The position numbers were made by a program, and so were the translations under genes. The notes below the pieces were generated by a model, which made no database searches, had not been told where the DNA came from, and saw only the letters and a program-made list of their open reading frames with translations. 64,000 nucleotides of DNA from Ancylonema sp. (taxonomy: Eukaryota): contig JBFLGF010000034.1 in NCBI GenBank assembly GCA_050230475.1, forward strand, positions 1 through 64,000. The letters run 5' to 3'. Shown here in pieces: positions 50,384 through 62,848 of the stretch (the first letter of the stretch is position 1; each line of letters begins with the position of its first letter).

Positions 50384-53300
50384 TGACGTGCGGTTTGGAG
50401 TCGGTTGCTTATAAGGAGATTGTTGAGGTATATCTGAGTTACATGGTTATCAATTTTTTGTTTTGATAAACTGCTTCGTTGATGTAGATCTTTTACTGGT
50501 CTTTATGTAGATGTCGATGGTAGATGGAGTAGGGCTCTGCTACTCTCACTAAGTTGGGTTGCAGACTGAGTCTCTGCTGAGAACTAGGTGTTACGCTAGT
50601 TCCATCACACTTTCTCGTGCGTGAATGTGTGTAACACTACTTGACGCCGAGGGCGAGTCGACAATTACTATCAACAATAGAAAGTCTGGAAAGGATTATT
50701 GATGGTAAATAGAATATTATGGTGTCGAATATTAAGGTCGACAGCCAAAAGGTAAAGTTTCGAGTAGAAAGTTCGGCTGTCAAAACGGTGCGTTGACAGA
50801 TGGTAATTGATGGATGTGATGTGCTGGTTCACTTAGAACGTCAGCACGTGATTGCGCGTCGTTATCGTATTGGATCAGTACGAGCGGCAGCGAATCGATG
50901 TAAATCGATAAAGTAATTCTGGCTCAGTGAGAGCGTCAACAATGGGGTATATGATTATGGCTGGCTCAGTAAGAGCGTCAGCACAAAGATGTGATGGTAC
51001 ACAACAAGTTTACAGGCTGGCTCAGGAAGAGCGTCAGCGAAACAACACAAGTACTGACAGGAAGTTGCGAAGGTCACTTCGGTCAACTTACATAATTCGT
51101 CGACGATAGTCGCACGAGGAATCGTAGACACGACACAAAGATGATGGCAAGAACTGGCGTCAGTCAGGAGTTGCATAATTCAGATAACACAATTGACAGG
51201 ATTTCTGATAAAAAATATTGAAAGTTTCTTGACGGCGCAAATTGACAGCGGAAGCTAGCAAATCTTTACAATGAAAATGTATTTATGCTACGATCGTCAA
51301 ATCGTCAAACTAAACTAGAGGTAATCGACATGGTTAATCGACAAGATGTACTCTAGAAAGTTCTATTTAATCTGGACGCTACAAATATAGACGTCAAGTA
51401 TTCTACGGCTGGATTTTATCGCCGAGATAATATCGACAAGTCAGAAATTATAAGCTTTTGAGTGATTAGACTTGCCGGACTAATTTGGTGGGCGACAAAA
51501 CGAACCGTACGCAAAAGGATCTCTATCACTGATGATCAACGAGACAGGAGTTGCTTGTGTGGAACGAATTTTTATTGTGATTGCATCGGGGATGGTAATA
51601 CCCGATGCGCTTTACAGATTGTTGCGTGCCGACGGTCGGCACAATTTAACGTCGGCCTATCATAGACTGACAGCTCTTCTAAATGTCAACGGCACATGCC
51701 GGACATTTCTGACACGACAAAACTAGCCAGTCACGACGCTTCGACCAAATAACGTCTCTAAGCGTCGGAAACATGTCAGGTGCCCGGGCACAAACTTGCC
51801 CGGCCCCGCATACAGGCACATCTAGAATATTGCTCCCGGTTAGAGTAACCGGTCACACCTGGACTAGCACGCATAACATATGGCTATCCAAAATATTCTA
51901 ACACCCCCCCTCGGATGCCATGCAAAAGTTGGCATAAATGCAGACATCAAAAGGAGTACCCAAGTCATTGCCAAAACATGGCAGAACCATCACATAACAT
52001 ATACCAACCAATTTTGGTCTTCCCTAGCATAAAATGTGCTAGGGGAACTATCGATAAATGCAGCCGTTCGGAAGACGACGGAAGACGATCGGAAGCCGAT
52101 CGGAACTTCAGAAGACGATCGCTCCATGTCCTTTGTCTTTTTCGGGCCGAGCCCTGCACATACAAACAAATGCCACAAGTTAGGCGAAAAACAAAAAAAC
52201 TTATGAAAATATTTTTGATTTCTTAACTTTTTCAATCACGACTGAAAACTTCACACTTTCCAGTCAGAACTCTCAAAACAGCATAACTTCAAAATTACAA
52301 ATCCCGGCACCAACTTTTGACACAATCTTTGCAACGATGATTAGGACATACATAGAAAATTCAGACAAACTGACAAGTTTAAAGTTCAGCAGATTCACAC
52401 TTTCTGATTTCAAGTGTACTTAAGCGTTTTCAGGTGTCTTTTCGAGGTCTTTGGGTGAAAGTGTGACTTAGCTGGATGAGCTGAAGTTTGGTGTACCCTC
52501 CCCATTACTTCTGCCTGAAAAAAACATAACAACACACCCCCGCCAACATGCATGGCATTCGAAACCTTCGATCATAAAAATAAAAGAAAACTACTGACAC
52601 CCCCAGTTCAGTATAACCGTCGACTTTTGCTCTATTGCTGTGTCTGTCCAGTAAAACTTGGGGTAGAGCTTTAGTTAGCATATCTGCTGGTTGATTTGCG
52701 CCTGCAAGATACACATATTTTATAGTCTCCCCGTGCTGGCTGTGGCATTCCCGTACCCAGTGATATACCACATTTTAAAAAATATGTTTTGCTTTCGGTC
52801 TTTGCACAGGATTCTGGATCATGGAGAGAGCTGAGGTTGAAATCCAGTGTGGATTGTGATTTGGTGTGGGAATTTGAGTTCTTTCAAGAGAGACCTTTAG
52901 ATAACAGCATTCTTTAGACACACTACAGGCAGCAATATACTCAGCCTCAGCAGTGCTCTGTGCAACAGTTGACTGTTTCTGTACTTCCAACTCAGTGCTG
53001 TCCCCCCAACCGTGGTTACCCATCCCTGTGACTCTGACTTCCCTGTCATGCTACAACTGTTCCATGATGCATCCGCAGTAACCCTTTACTTCAAATGTGT
53101 CTTTTCCCACAAACGTCAGTCCGTGGTTGACAGTTTAATCCAAGTATAGTATCTGAGAATAGTTAATGTAGAGCCCTTATGTGTGCCACCCCAGGATTCC
53201 CCATGTGTTTTGCCAGTACCCCAAGTGCATACCCGATGTCCAGTCTGGTTTGTTTCATGGCATATGAGTGATCCCCCTTTCCCACGAAAGTCTGTTATTT

Positions 53301-56300
53301 CTTCAGGGGTAGGGGGAAGAGTTGGTTCATAATTCTGTGTGAATTGAGTTCCAGGGGCGAGTGGGAGTTTGGTTGGATTACACTCGTGCATCCCATAGCG
53401 TTCAAGCACTCCCCTTAAGAATCCTGACTGTCCCAGTGTGAGCAGTCTTCTCTGTCTATCCCTCTTCACTTCCACCCCCAGGATATGGGTTAGGGGACCC
53501 AGATCCTTAACTTTGAACTTTTTACCCATATCTTCTTTAAAAGTTTTGACGACCCATTGCGTTGTGATCACCTGATCATCTACATGTATGCCCAGTATGA
53601 TTCTGCTGTCTGCTTCCACCCTCATATATATACATGTGTCCATTACGCACTGTTTAAACCCTTCAGATATCATAAATTTTCTGAACATTTCCTGCCATAC
53701 GTGGCTACTCTGCTTTAGACCGGATAAAGCTCCCTTCCGTCGTAAGACCTTTCCCTCAGCACCCCCATTGATATACATTACATACGTGGTGGTATTTTCA
53801 TGTAAACTTCTTCCTCCAGACGTCCATGCAGGAACGCTGTTTACGTCCATCTGTTCCACCAGTCCTAATTGGTTTGCTATAGAGAGGAGTAGGGTGATAG
53901 ATGTACTGTCGATTACTGGTGCAAATACTTGATTATAATCAATACCCTCTTGCTGTAAGAACCCCTGTGCGACCAGTCTGACTTTATATCTTTCAATATC
54001 CCCCTGTGGTGTTGTTTTGACCTTAAACACATATCTGCACCCCACAGCCTTTTTACCTGGAGGAGGAAGCACACACACCTCAAAGGTGTTGAACGTCTCC
54101 AGTCTCCAGGGCTGCTAACTCCTCGCCCTGTCCCACTGGTCCCAGTCTCGCCTCATCATCGCATGGTTGAGTGTGAGTGGCTCGGAGGAGTTGCTGTTAG
54201 ATGCTACGCACGCGTAGCCCGGATCCACAAGACCGTTGAAGCCAGTGTAGAAACTGCTGGGCTCCCACTCAGTCGCTGAATAGTTGGCGTGTGCTGCGTC
54301 ATCAAACTCCTCCCCATCACATCACATGAGGTCCCCATACTCCGCAAAGTTGGCTCGCCTCCTGGCCATCACCCGATCTGCTACACTGCCAGGCTCCCCC
54401 ACATCTGGGTTCGCACCCCCTCCTTGCACCTCCTCCTCCCCTGCATCTCCACCTCCTGCGTTGTTGATCCCTGATTGGCTGTCAGACAGCACAATCGTGG
54501 CGTTAGAGACCTCAGCAGCTTGTGGCTGGAAGTTGTCGTGCGGATAGTCGTTGGCAGCTGCTGGCTCAGGGACTGCTGGTTCTGCTGGTGCTGGGATTGG
54601 CTGCAGAACTGCTGGCATCGGCTGGCATGTTGGGGTGGACTGCTGCTGCTGGCACCACTGCTGGTGTGTGGGCTGTGCTGCTAGCATGTTGGGGTGGACT
54701 GCTGCTGCCGGCACAACTGCTGCAGCTGGTTCATCTTTAGGGTCGGGAAAAAGGTAGAAAAAGTGTTTTTCTGCTGCCTCCTGAATCTGGGGAGCTCTCC
54801 CCCCCATCAGCTTCGGGTACCCCGGCACCTCCTCAAAGAACCTCACGTCCATGCGCTCCCGTCCATGCGTGATATCACCCCAGCTCTATGGGGGTCGAAA
54901 ACATTGTAGAGCCATCCCCAGAAACACACCAAAGCAAGTACGAGGGGCAAACTTGTCCACTTGTCTGTTCTTTTCCCCCCCAACCTTCAAATATTGGACC
55001 AGACACCCGAAATTATGACTTTTGTTAACTGTCATTCTCTTCCCCTCCCAGACCTCAATTGGAATTTTCCCAGAAAGCGACTTAGTGGGTGTTCTATTCC
55101 TCAACCAGGCATGTAACAATGCCACGACCCAATAAGACTTCGGTAGACCTGACCAGATTAAGATGCATCGCATTTTTTCTGTCAGTGTTCGGTTCAGTCT
55201 TTCACCGATTCCGTTTTGTTCAGGACTATCTGCTTCTGTGGTTTGTTTATCAATACCCTTCCCCCCACCGTAGTTTATCCAGTCCTGAGACACATACTCC
55301 CCTCCCTTATCTGTCCGAATAGACTGTAGTAGGGGCAGCAGACCTGACTGGACCTCGAGCAATTGTATAGTGACCTTTGCCCGATTCAGTGCTTCATCCT
55401 TTGTTTTTAATAAACTCACAAATGACAGACGTGTGGATACCTCGATCCCTGTCTGAGCATATGTATACCCTCCGTTAGCTGACCTGACAGACAGTGGCCC
55501 AATGAGATCGAGGTGAATGCGATCCATCTTGGGGCATGTCCCCAGATCTGCACTGACCTTAGCATGACTGAGCTGAGTCATCTTCCCCTGACAGCAAACC
55601 TGACATCCCTTTACTTCAGTTAATTCCCCCTGACTTAACTCTGGGATGTCCCCACGTCTGGCGAAATCTGACATCACATCAGAACTGGGGTGACCCAATT
55701 TGTGATGCCAGACCATGCCTGTGGACAAATTCGCTGTTGTATCATGAGATCCAGGCATAACGATTGTGGCAGCAAGCAGAGTCAGACCACTAGGCTGCTG
55801 CAACACATCAGCCCATTTCACATTTCCCTTGTTTAATTCAGGACCCGTGGGCGGGCAGCTGTAGAAAGCTCAGCCCACCTCTTCTGACGAGGCACGATGT
55901 CGACACGAGGGTGCAGGCAAAGGTTGGGAGATCGAGCTGAGTGGCTGCACAAAGAAAGCGTCGCCATTCCTCACTCGGATGTGCACGACACGAAACCAGT
56001 TCCCTCCACCTTGTGTGACGTCAGCAGTGGTGATGAAGGCCTGCTGTGTGCTCAGGGTAGGTGTGTACTCCACAAAATGTTCACGTGCCGTGAATATGTG
56101 GTCAGTAGCACCTGCATCCAGGATCACGGAGTCTGAGTGAGGACCAGCAGACATTGCCCGGGCAACATTGAATGAGAAAGCACCAAAAGCTAATTAATCC
56201 ACATTAGCGTTGAAGGGTTTGTCAGCAAAGCGAGCAAGTCTAGCTTGTGCATCAGCCCTCCTAGCAGCCTCTGGGTTCATTAGAGCCATGTCAGATGTTC

Positions 56301-58354
56301 TTTTTCTGCAATGTTCAAAATTGTGTGACCGACAATGTTGCAATATCTGCACTTTTGCCTCCCCTGAACTTCCCTGAGTAGCGTGCGCAACAGTTCCAGC
56401 TGCTGGTGATGTCGCAGGGCATTGCGCAGCTCGGTGGCCTGCCTGATGGCGGCACCTGTGACACTTTTTCCATGGCCCCGCATGGCCTCCGCCAGATGCT
56501 GGTGAAGGGCAGTTCGCTCTGATGTGCCCACATTTGTGGCAGCCGAAGCATTCGACGCCTCCAGCGTCTCTGCGACCAGCTCCAGATGCACCACCAGATC
56601 TGCTTACCTCCAGCTCCATTCCCCCCCCCAGGTCCGCCATAGTGCGCCTGGTGTCCGGCAGCGCCCCTTTTCCGATCGTTCAGTCTTTCCGCACGTCGTC
56701 GCGAAGCAGCGCACTCACGATGTGTGGAATCGTGAGGTGTGGCGACGACTCCGACCATGGCATCAGCGTTGAAACCAGGACTGTAATTGTTCAGCGAATT
56801 TAGCAGGTTAAACGCCTGCTTCGTTGGAGAAACTGGTGCCCCCAGATTCTTCAGGTCCTGGTGCAGCTGCTGCAGACGCTTCACGTACACGTTGAGGTCC
56901 TCTGCCTCCGTCTGAATGATAGCGCTCAGCAGCAATGCCTCCGTATTATTTGCGATCTCGATCGCACCCTGCACCTGGTAGAATGTCCGCAGAGCAACAT
57001 CCCACATGCCGGCAGCTGTGTTGTGCAGTCCGTGACGTGCGTCAGCTCCGATGGCCCCAGGTGCTTCACAATATAAGACATAGCAGCCAGATTGTCCTCG
57101 TCCCATTTCTCGAGCTCCAGAAGCTGCTGGGAAATCTGCTGTTGTCGCACCAACACTTCGACATCCACGGTCGATCCCCCTGGCGGCTAAAGTGCAGCTC
57201 GTTATCAGGTGTGAGTGGAAGGATCACGTCTGCGCGACACTTTCGCGGCAAACTGTCCCAGTCCATCACCAAACGGTGCAGTTTCTTGTCCGCCAGCCCA
57301 TATTTGACCTTGAAGGCCCATCCTGTATAATCAGCTCCAGTAAATTGAGGGATTTGCGACCTATCCGACATTATGGCAGCTATTGTGTGGACTTCTCAAA
57401 AAATTCTCGCACAGCTCGAGTTCTCAGTGCAATTCCTGCATGCAGCACTCAGCTCAGAAACTTGCAGCGCAATATCAGAATTACGTGCAGACCCGAACAA
57501 CCAGAATATATACCGTTCACAGAGATTACCGCAGCGAAATCGCGTGGAGCCTTTAGTTTTTTACCTACACGGCGTCTTTTAACCTAGTTTTTAACCAACA
57601 CGGCGTCTGAACTAGACCGCACGTGGGCCCAAAACCTATAAGCTTTTGAGTGATTAGACGTGCCGGACTAATTAGGTGGGCGACAAAACGAACCGTACTC
57701 AAAAGGATCTCTATCACTGATGATCATCGAGACAGGAGTTGCGTGTGTGGAACGAATTATTATTGTGATTGCATCGGGGATTACAGATTGTTGTGTCGTG
57801 CCGACGGTCGGCACAATTGACCGTCGGACTATCATAGACTGACAGCTCTTCTAAATGTCAACGGCACATGCCGGACCTTTCTGACACGACTAAACAAGCC
57901 AGTCACGACGCTTCGACCAAATAACGTCTCTAAGCGTCGGAAACATGTCAGGTGCCCGGGCACAAACTTGCCCGGCCCCGCATACACGCACATCTAGAAT
58001 ATTGCTCCCGGTTAGAGTAACCGGTCACTACTGGACTAGCACGCATAACATATGGCTATCCAAAATATTCTAACAGAAATATCATCGTCGATAACAAAGT
58101 TGCGCTAAGCGCTGAAAAGTCGACACGTAGTCTAAATTGTACGACTTCTGGATATTACACTCGGAAAATACGCCACGCGTCATTTTCGAGTTTACAAAAA
58201 GTTGTTGGATTTTGCGGAGTACTGATTCTAACTTCACATAAAATCATGAAATCGCTACATCGAATCTGGTTGCTTATAACAAGGTATTTCACTAGAGAGG
58301 TCTGGATATTGTTACAAAGGGGTTTCACCCTTAAAGATCTCTAGCGTCATGACA
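50384..58354. mobile_element. ~1.3-kb solo LTR (50384-51448 + 58081-58354) inserted in the Gypsy pol and interrupted by a Copia
   Basis: TG...CA ends. 4-bp TSD CAGT at 50380-50383 and 58355-58358. Removal restores the pol frame (..FAQLPV/APILPSY..DIWEDAQC). Confidence 0.8.
51449..58075 (-). mobile_element. Full-length degenerate Ty1/Copia element with both LTRs (57637-58075, 51449-51903)
   Basis: 5-bp TSD GAAAT (51444-51448, 58076-58080). PBS GGTTTTGGGCCCA; PPT GAGGGGGGG before the 3' LTR. gag from 57371 with two knuckles, VILDAGATDH, WHHKLGH..CQVC, IHLDLIGP, IRTDKGGEY, RLVAQGF, HVDD, STAEAEY and ADMLTKAL. Confidence 0.95.
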
Positions 58355-59617
58355 CAGTAGCTCCAATTTTACCATCATACTTTATCAGTTATAACCACAC
58401 CCCAGCACCAATGGCTGATAACGCAACGGATATTTGGGAGGACGCACAATGTTTACATCTTCTAAAGACACACAAGTACTTACCCACTATGACCCCGACA
58501 CAACGAGACCGCATTTAGAGACGAGCAATGAAATACAAATGGCTTGGAGGTTACCTATACAAAGTACCGATCGAAGGACATTTAAAACTTGTACCTCCAC
58601 CAGGCGATCGACATACTATCATCTCTACACTACACAATAGATACGGACACTTCGGAGTTAAACGAATTCTCACATCACTTCAAAAATATTTCTCGTGGTA
58701 CAACATGGGCGATCAAGTAGCCACAATGAGCCGTGCTTGTATACCTTGTTCCAGATCCAAAACCAATTTCAATGACGGGAGGACTCAGCTACAGTTGTTA
58801 CCGATCCGTGGTCTTTTCTATCGATGGGGTGTAGATTTCGCAGGACCATTCCCTGTAACGGACATGAAAAATAAGTTAGTCATGATATATATTGAACATT
58901 TTACCAAGTGGGTGGAATCAATTGCCTTACCTGAGAGATCATGGGAGAATTTCAAACATTACTCGGACAACATGTTATTACCCACCGAATGGCGTCACGA
59001 GAACATCCACAATCTGATGGTTTGGCAGAACGCATGGTGCAGAAAACGAAGAACGGTCTTCAAAAAACATTACTCACACAACACCGTGATGACTCGGATC
59101 TGTTCTTACCATATGTTGCCATGGGATACAGAATGACTCAGCAATCATCCTTAGGATATTCACCATATTTTCTTCTTTTTGGTCGACATCCATTTTTTCA
59201 GGCACAAATCCAACAACACGAGAACGTCCCCTTACTAGTCCGCGATAGAGAACTCTCCAAATTCGTCATGGAGCGAGGACTCCTGTTCCAATAAGTTATG
59301 CCATTAGCCATGAGAAACCTGGCAATTGCGCAACAGAGAGATCAACACTAGTATTACCATGTACATGGTCAGGGTTGGGCACGACCAAAACCAACATTTA
59401 AAATCGGACAATTTTTCTAGGTGAAATGAAAAACCAAAGGTACCCTTGACAGTGCAACTCATCCTCAAAAAAATTCCGACCTTCAAGTGTATTAATTATA
59501 CAAGGAAAGGACGGCAGACGTATTGGTGAACAAATGAAAAATGTATCTCCTTGCTCGCTACCGATACGAGATGGTGAAATTGTCACTCGTTTGTTTTGGA
59601 GCTCTGATCCAACAATT

Positions 59618-59752
59618 TGCCGAGAGTGTGGTGGACGACATGCTAGTAGCCAAATGATTATCTGTGATGATTGCAACGATGGTTACCATTTATGGTGCCT
59701 TACACCACCACTTACCGCAATCCCTACACCACAGTGGTTCTGCCCACAACAT
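59618..59752 (+). other. PHD zinc finger at the C-terminus of the Gypsy Pol/integrase
   Basis: CRECGGRHASSQMIICDDCNDGYHLWCLTPPLTAIPTPQWFCPQH fits C4-H-C2-(C/H) with the conserved W. Stop at 59771-59773 shortly before the PPT. Confidence 0.9.
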
Positions 59753-60948
59753 GCACCTGTGTTGCCTGCTTAAGTGAATAACCCTGATTTACCAAAAGTT
59801 GATGACCCAGATGAGAACGCATAGCTCTTCAATGTGGGGGGGGGAGTTACAATATTTCAGCCTCCTATCTGCACTTCCACTAAATCGACAAGACCCCTTT
59901 CTGTCGATACTTTGAGTGCGATTACCCCTTCATTGACCGATTCCATCATCGATGACCCATTCACCCTACCGATCTCATCTTGCACGTCAGAAATGATGTT
60001 CCTTCATACAAGCTATTCACTTAGAAAAGGACAGTTCCTAACAAATACGCTTTTGGGACCGGAATTTTATATTCATTTAAAGAGGTTATTCCTTTAAACA
60101 GTATTCCTTTGAACGGGTTAAATTGTATGAAGAATTATTTGAACGAAACAAATAACATTTATAAACAATTTATGAAGCCAAGACAAGGATTCGTATGAAC
60201 ATCTTTGCTCTATTTTCAGTTTCGAATCGGTATAGAGCGGATAAATCGTGGATTGTTGGCCCTCTATGAGAGGAACGAACGTTGGGTGACGCCAGGAACA
60301 AGAGGAGGCCACCAAACGGGAAATTTTGTTTCGCTGATGTGGCATTCGATCAATCAATTGTTGTTGGGTGGACGTTAGAATATTTATAATTAGACGGCCA
60401 TAAGATTTTTCGTTTTTTAAGGCACGGCATTCGTCGTCGAACGAGTTAGAATTCGGCCGGTTTGGGGTCATTTTGACCCCGACCCCGATTTTGATCCCTA
60501 GCTAGTCTGCCATAATACATGTTCTAACAATCTCTAGCGGCATGAACAAGCCTTTATGGGGCTGAGAGGGGCTGGGTTGGGCTGCGTGGGGCTACGTTGT
60601 GCTTCGTGGGGCTACGTGGGGCTCCGAAAACAAAAGCAACACGCATCCAAATGGGATTTGGGGCTCCGCCCCAATCCTAGATGCGCCCCATGGCCGACCC
60701 TAGGCGCGCCTCATGGCCACCTAGTGAGGGAACTAGGGTGGGGACCCAAACGCCAACCGTGAGTTGGTCTATCGTTTTTAAACATGACCTCTGTCTAAGT
60801 GTAAAACCGCGACCCAACCCCAGGCTGGACGGCGGTTGGAACGGCTGGACGACCGTTGGAAAAAACCGGGAATGTGCCAAGAAATTGTTGTGATAATTCA
60901 AAGGGAAATTTTTGGTTTTTTTATTCGTAGGATAAGATTTAAAAAACC

Positions 60949-60980
<32 letters not shown>

Positions 60981-61618
60981 GAGCTATTCTTGTTTGCCCG
61001 TGTTGCGGTCCATTGCCCCCCACTACAAAAATAATGATTCCATATAATTTCATATTTGACCCAAATAACCTTCCCGAAATCTTGGAGTTTTTTGTTCGAT
61101 TTATCGTACCCATTATTAAAAAAGCGTCAATATTGTATAGTTGTTCCTCAAGGTATATAGAGCCGTCAATTTTCAATATGGATGTAGTCCACCCGGTACA
61201 CGTCGAGAATACCATCTATGAATGTGTATGTGGATCGGACGATCAAACCATTTACGATCAAACTTTTGGTTCAATAAAACTTTGTTCACGGTGATATTTT
61301 CATCCATATAGGAGATTAGTAAATCTTCCAACTCTACATTTCAAAATTCCAAGGCTACCGAATACAAATGCCAATCCCTGGTTGAAAAAGAACATTGTGT
61401 CAAATTTAAACATCACTATCATACAATAAACATGTGAGATGCTCGATTGTGAATGGTGTGTTGAGCCGCTCAACACACAATTCACAATCGAGCGTAACCG
61501 AGTGTGTGTAATACTTGTACGATCGATGTGTATCGTGCGGCGATACATTCAATGTGACCTCAAAATTTAAGAAATGCCACGAGATGACTGCAATTCACAG
61601 CTGCGTCTAACCATACTA

Positions 61619-62018
61619 GTACCCGGACGGGTCAGGGCATTTTGCGGACGCGTCCGGAACACGTCCGCTAGCGAGCGCGTCCGCGACGTCCCGGTCCGCA
61701 AAGCGTTCGGGTACTTAGGGGTTATTAACCGAATCAAAAAGTGGCCAGACGACATAGATATTTGTGTTCTTCCGGTCCTAAGATCCTACAACCTCTAGGC
61801 TAACGGGCAACTTTAGGACGTGAACTAACCGTCCATACCACACATATTTTAGCAATAACTTTTTGGACGGGGTCTACAGGGTGTGAGGATCATAAACCAA
61901 AAACTCCTAAAAAAACTTCAAGTATCCGGACGGCCACCGCGAATTGGCGGACGCGTCCGGAAGACGTCCGCTAGCGGACGCGTCCGCGACGTTTGCGTCC
62001 GCAAAGCGTCCGGGTACA
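61619..62018. repeat. Two copies of a ~95-bp palindromic GGACGCGTCC-rich unit (MITE-like)
   Basis: GTACCCGGACG...CGT(T/C)CGGGTAC units at ~61619-61714 and ~61922-62018, followed by GGGTACAACTA tandem repeats. Confidence 0.65.
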
Positions 62019-62848
62019 ACTATGGGGTACAACTAGGGTACAACTAGGGTAACAACTATGGGGTACAACTAGGGGTCGGACGGTTGGGCGGCGGCTGGAA
62101 CGGTGGGACGGCGGTAGGTGGCAGCTGGGCGGTCCGCCAACCACTAACCGCCAACGATGACATGACGCAAATAACCCACGTATAAGATTAAGATCTGGTA
62201 TATGCACACGTGTTTTCGTCGTTGGTCCACAATTTTGTTTCCAAACGACAAAGTAATGTACGGGAAGCCAGCCGGCGACGTTGATTGATTGGATGGTCTT
62301 CAACCAGAATCGTGTCTCGCAATCATCTGCTGACAACTGGTTATAATGATGATTTGGGAGTGACAGAAGATGGGACAAATGCCGCCTACTTGTTAGCCGC
62401 TACTGTTATGCCGCCAGCTGTTATATGGAGACGATCCGATACGATCTTGGTTTCAATTTGTCGTGTAGGGGGGGAAAAATTGTTTGTCGAGCTGAACTTG
62501 AAAACTCCACGGTAGCAATCCACCGTGGACTAGGTCGGTGACTAGATACTCGTTCTCGAGGTAAAAAGATTAGGATTTTCTCTCTGAAAACGACAAAATT
62601 TACAAATCTGAGTTCGCTGGATTTGTGTACATCCTGTCCGTGGCCGTTACATTTGGTGGTTTTGTGTGACTACTGGCGTATGAGGCCAAAAACAGATGAA
62701 ACAACCTGTTTCAGAAGTAACGGTTAAGTTCATTACCTGGACGTCTACTACATATCCACACGTCTATGCTCAGCGCTCGGGCACAGGGCTCAGGTAGTTT
62801 AGGCCAGTCATTCATACAGCGACCATTCTGAACCCCGACCTGTTCACC

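Larger units (their letters stand above)
45940..60043 (+). mobile_element. Ty3/Gypsy retrotransposon with DNA methyltransferase and PHD finger (gag-like - PR - DNMT - RT - RH - [insertion 50384-58354] - IN - PHD - PPT - putative 3' LTR), degenerate
   Basis: PR remnants (DSRA..MLLGNAFL). C5-MTase motifs at 47585-48561. RT QCGDYRPLN, NLRQGYHQ, YIDD. RH GETLAVIW, LARWALLLQEY. IN HNRYGHFG..CIPC, RWGVDFAGP, HPQSDGLAER, YSPYFLLFGR. PHD at 59618-59752. G-rich PPT at 59834-59845. Putative LTR ~59845-60043. 5' end not located. Confidence 0.9.

Noticed and set aside
50820..51040. Repeat-spacer array resembling CRISPR (also 38783-39008)
   Set aside because: Units are degenerate and irregularly spaced, lie inside an LTR-like repeat in a eukaryotic genome, and no cas genes are present.
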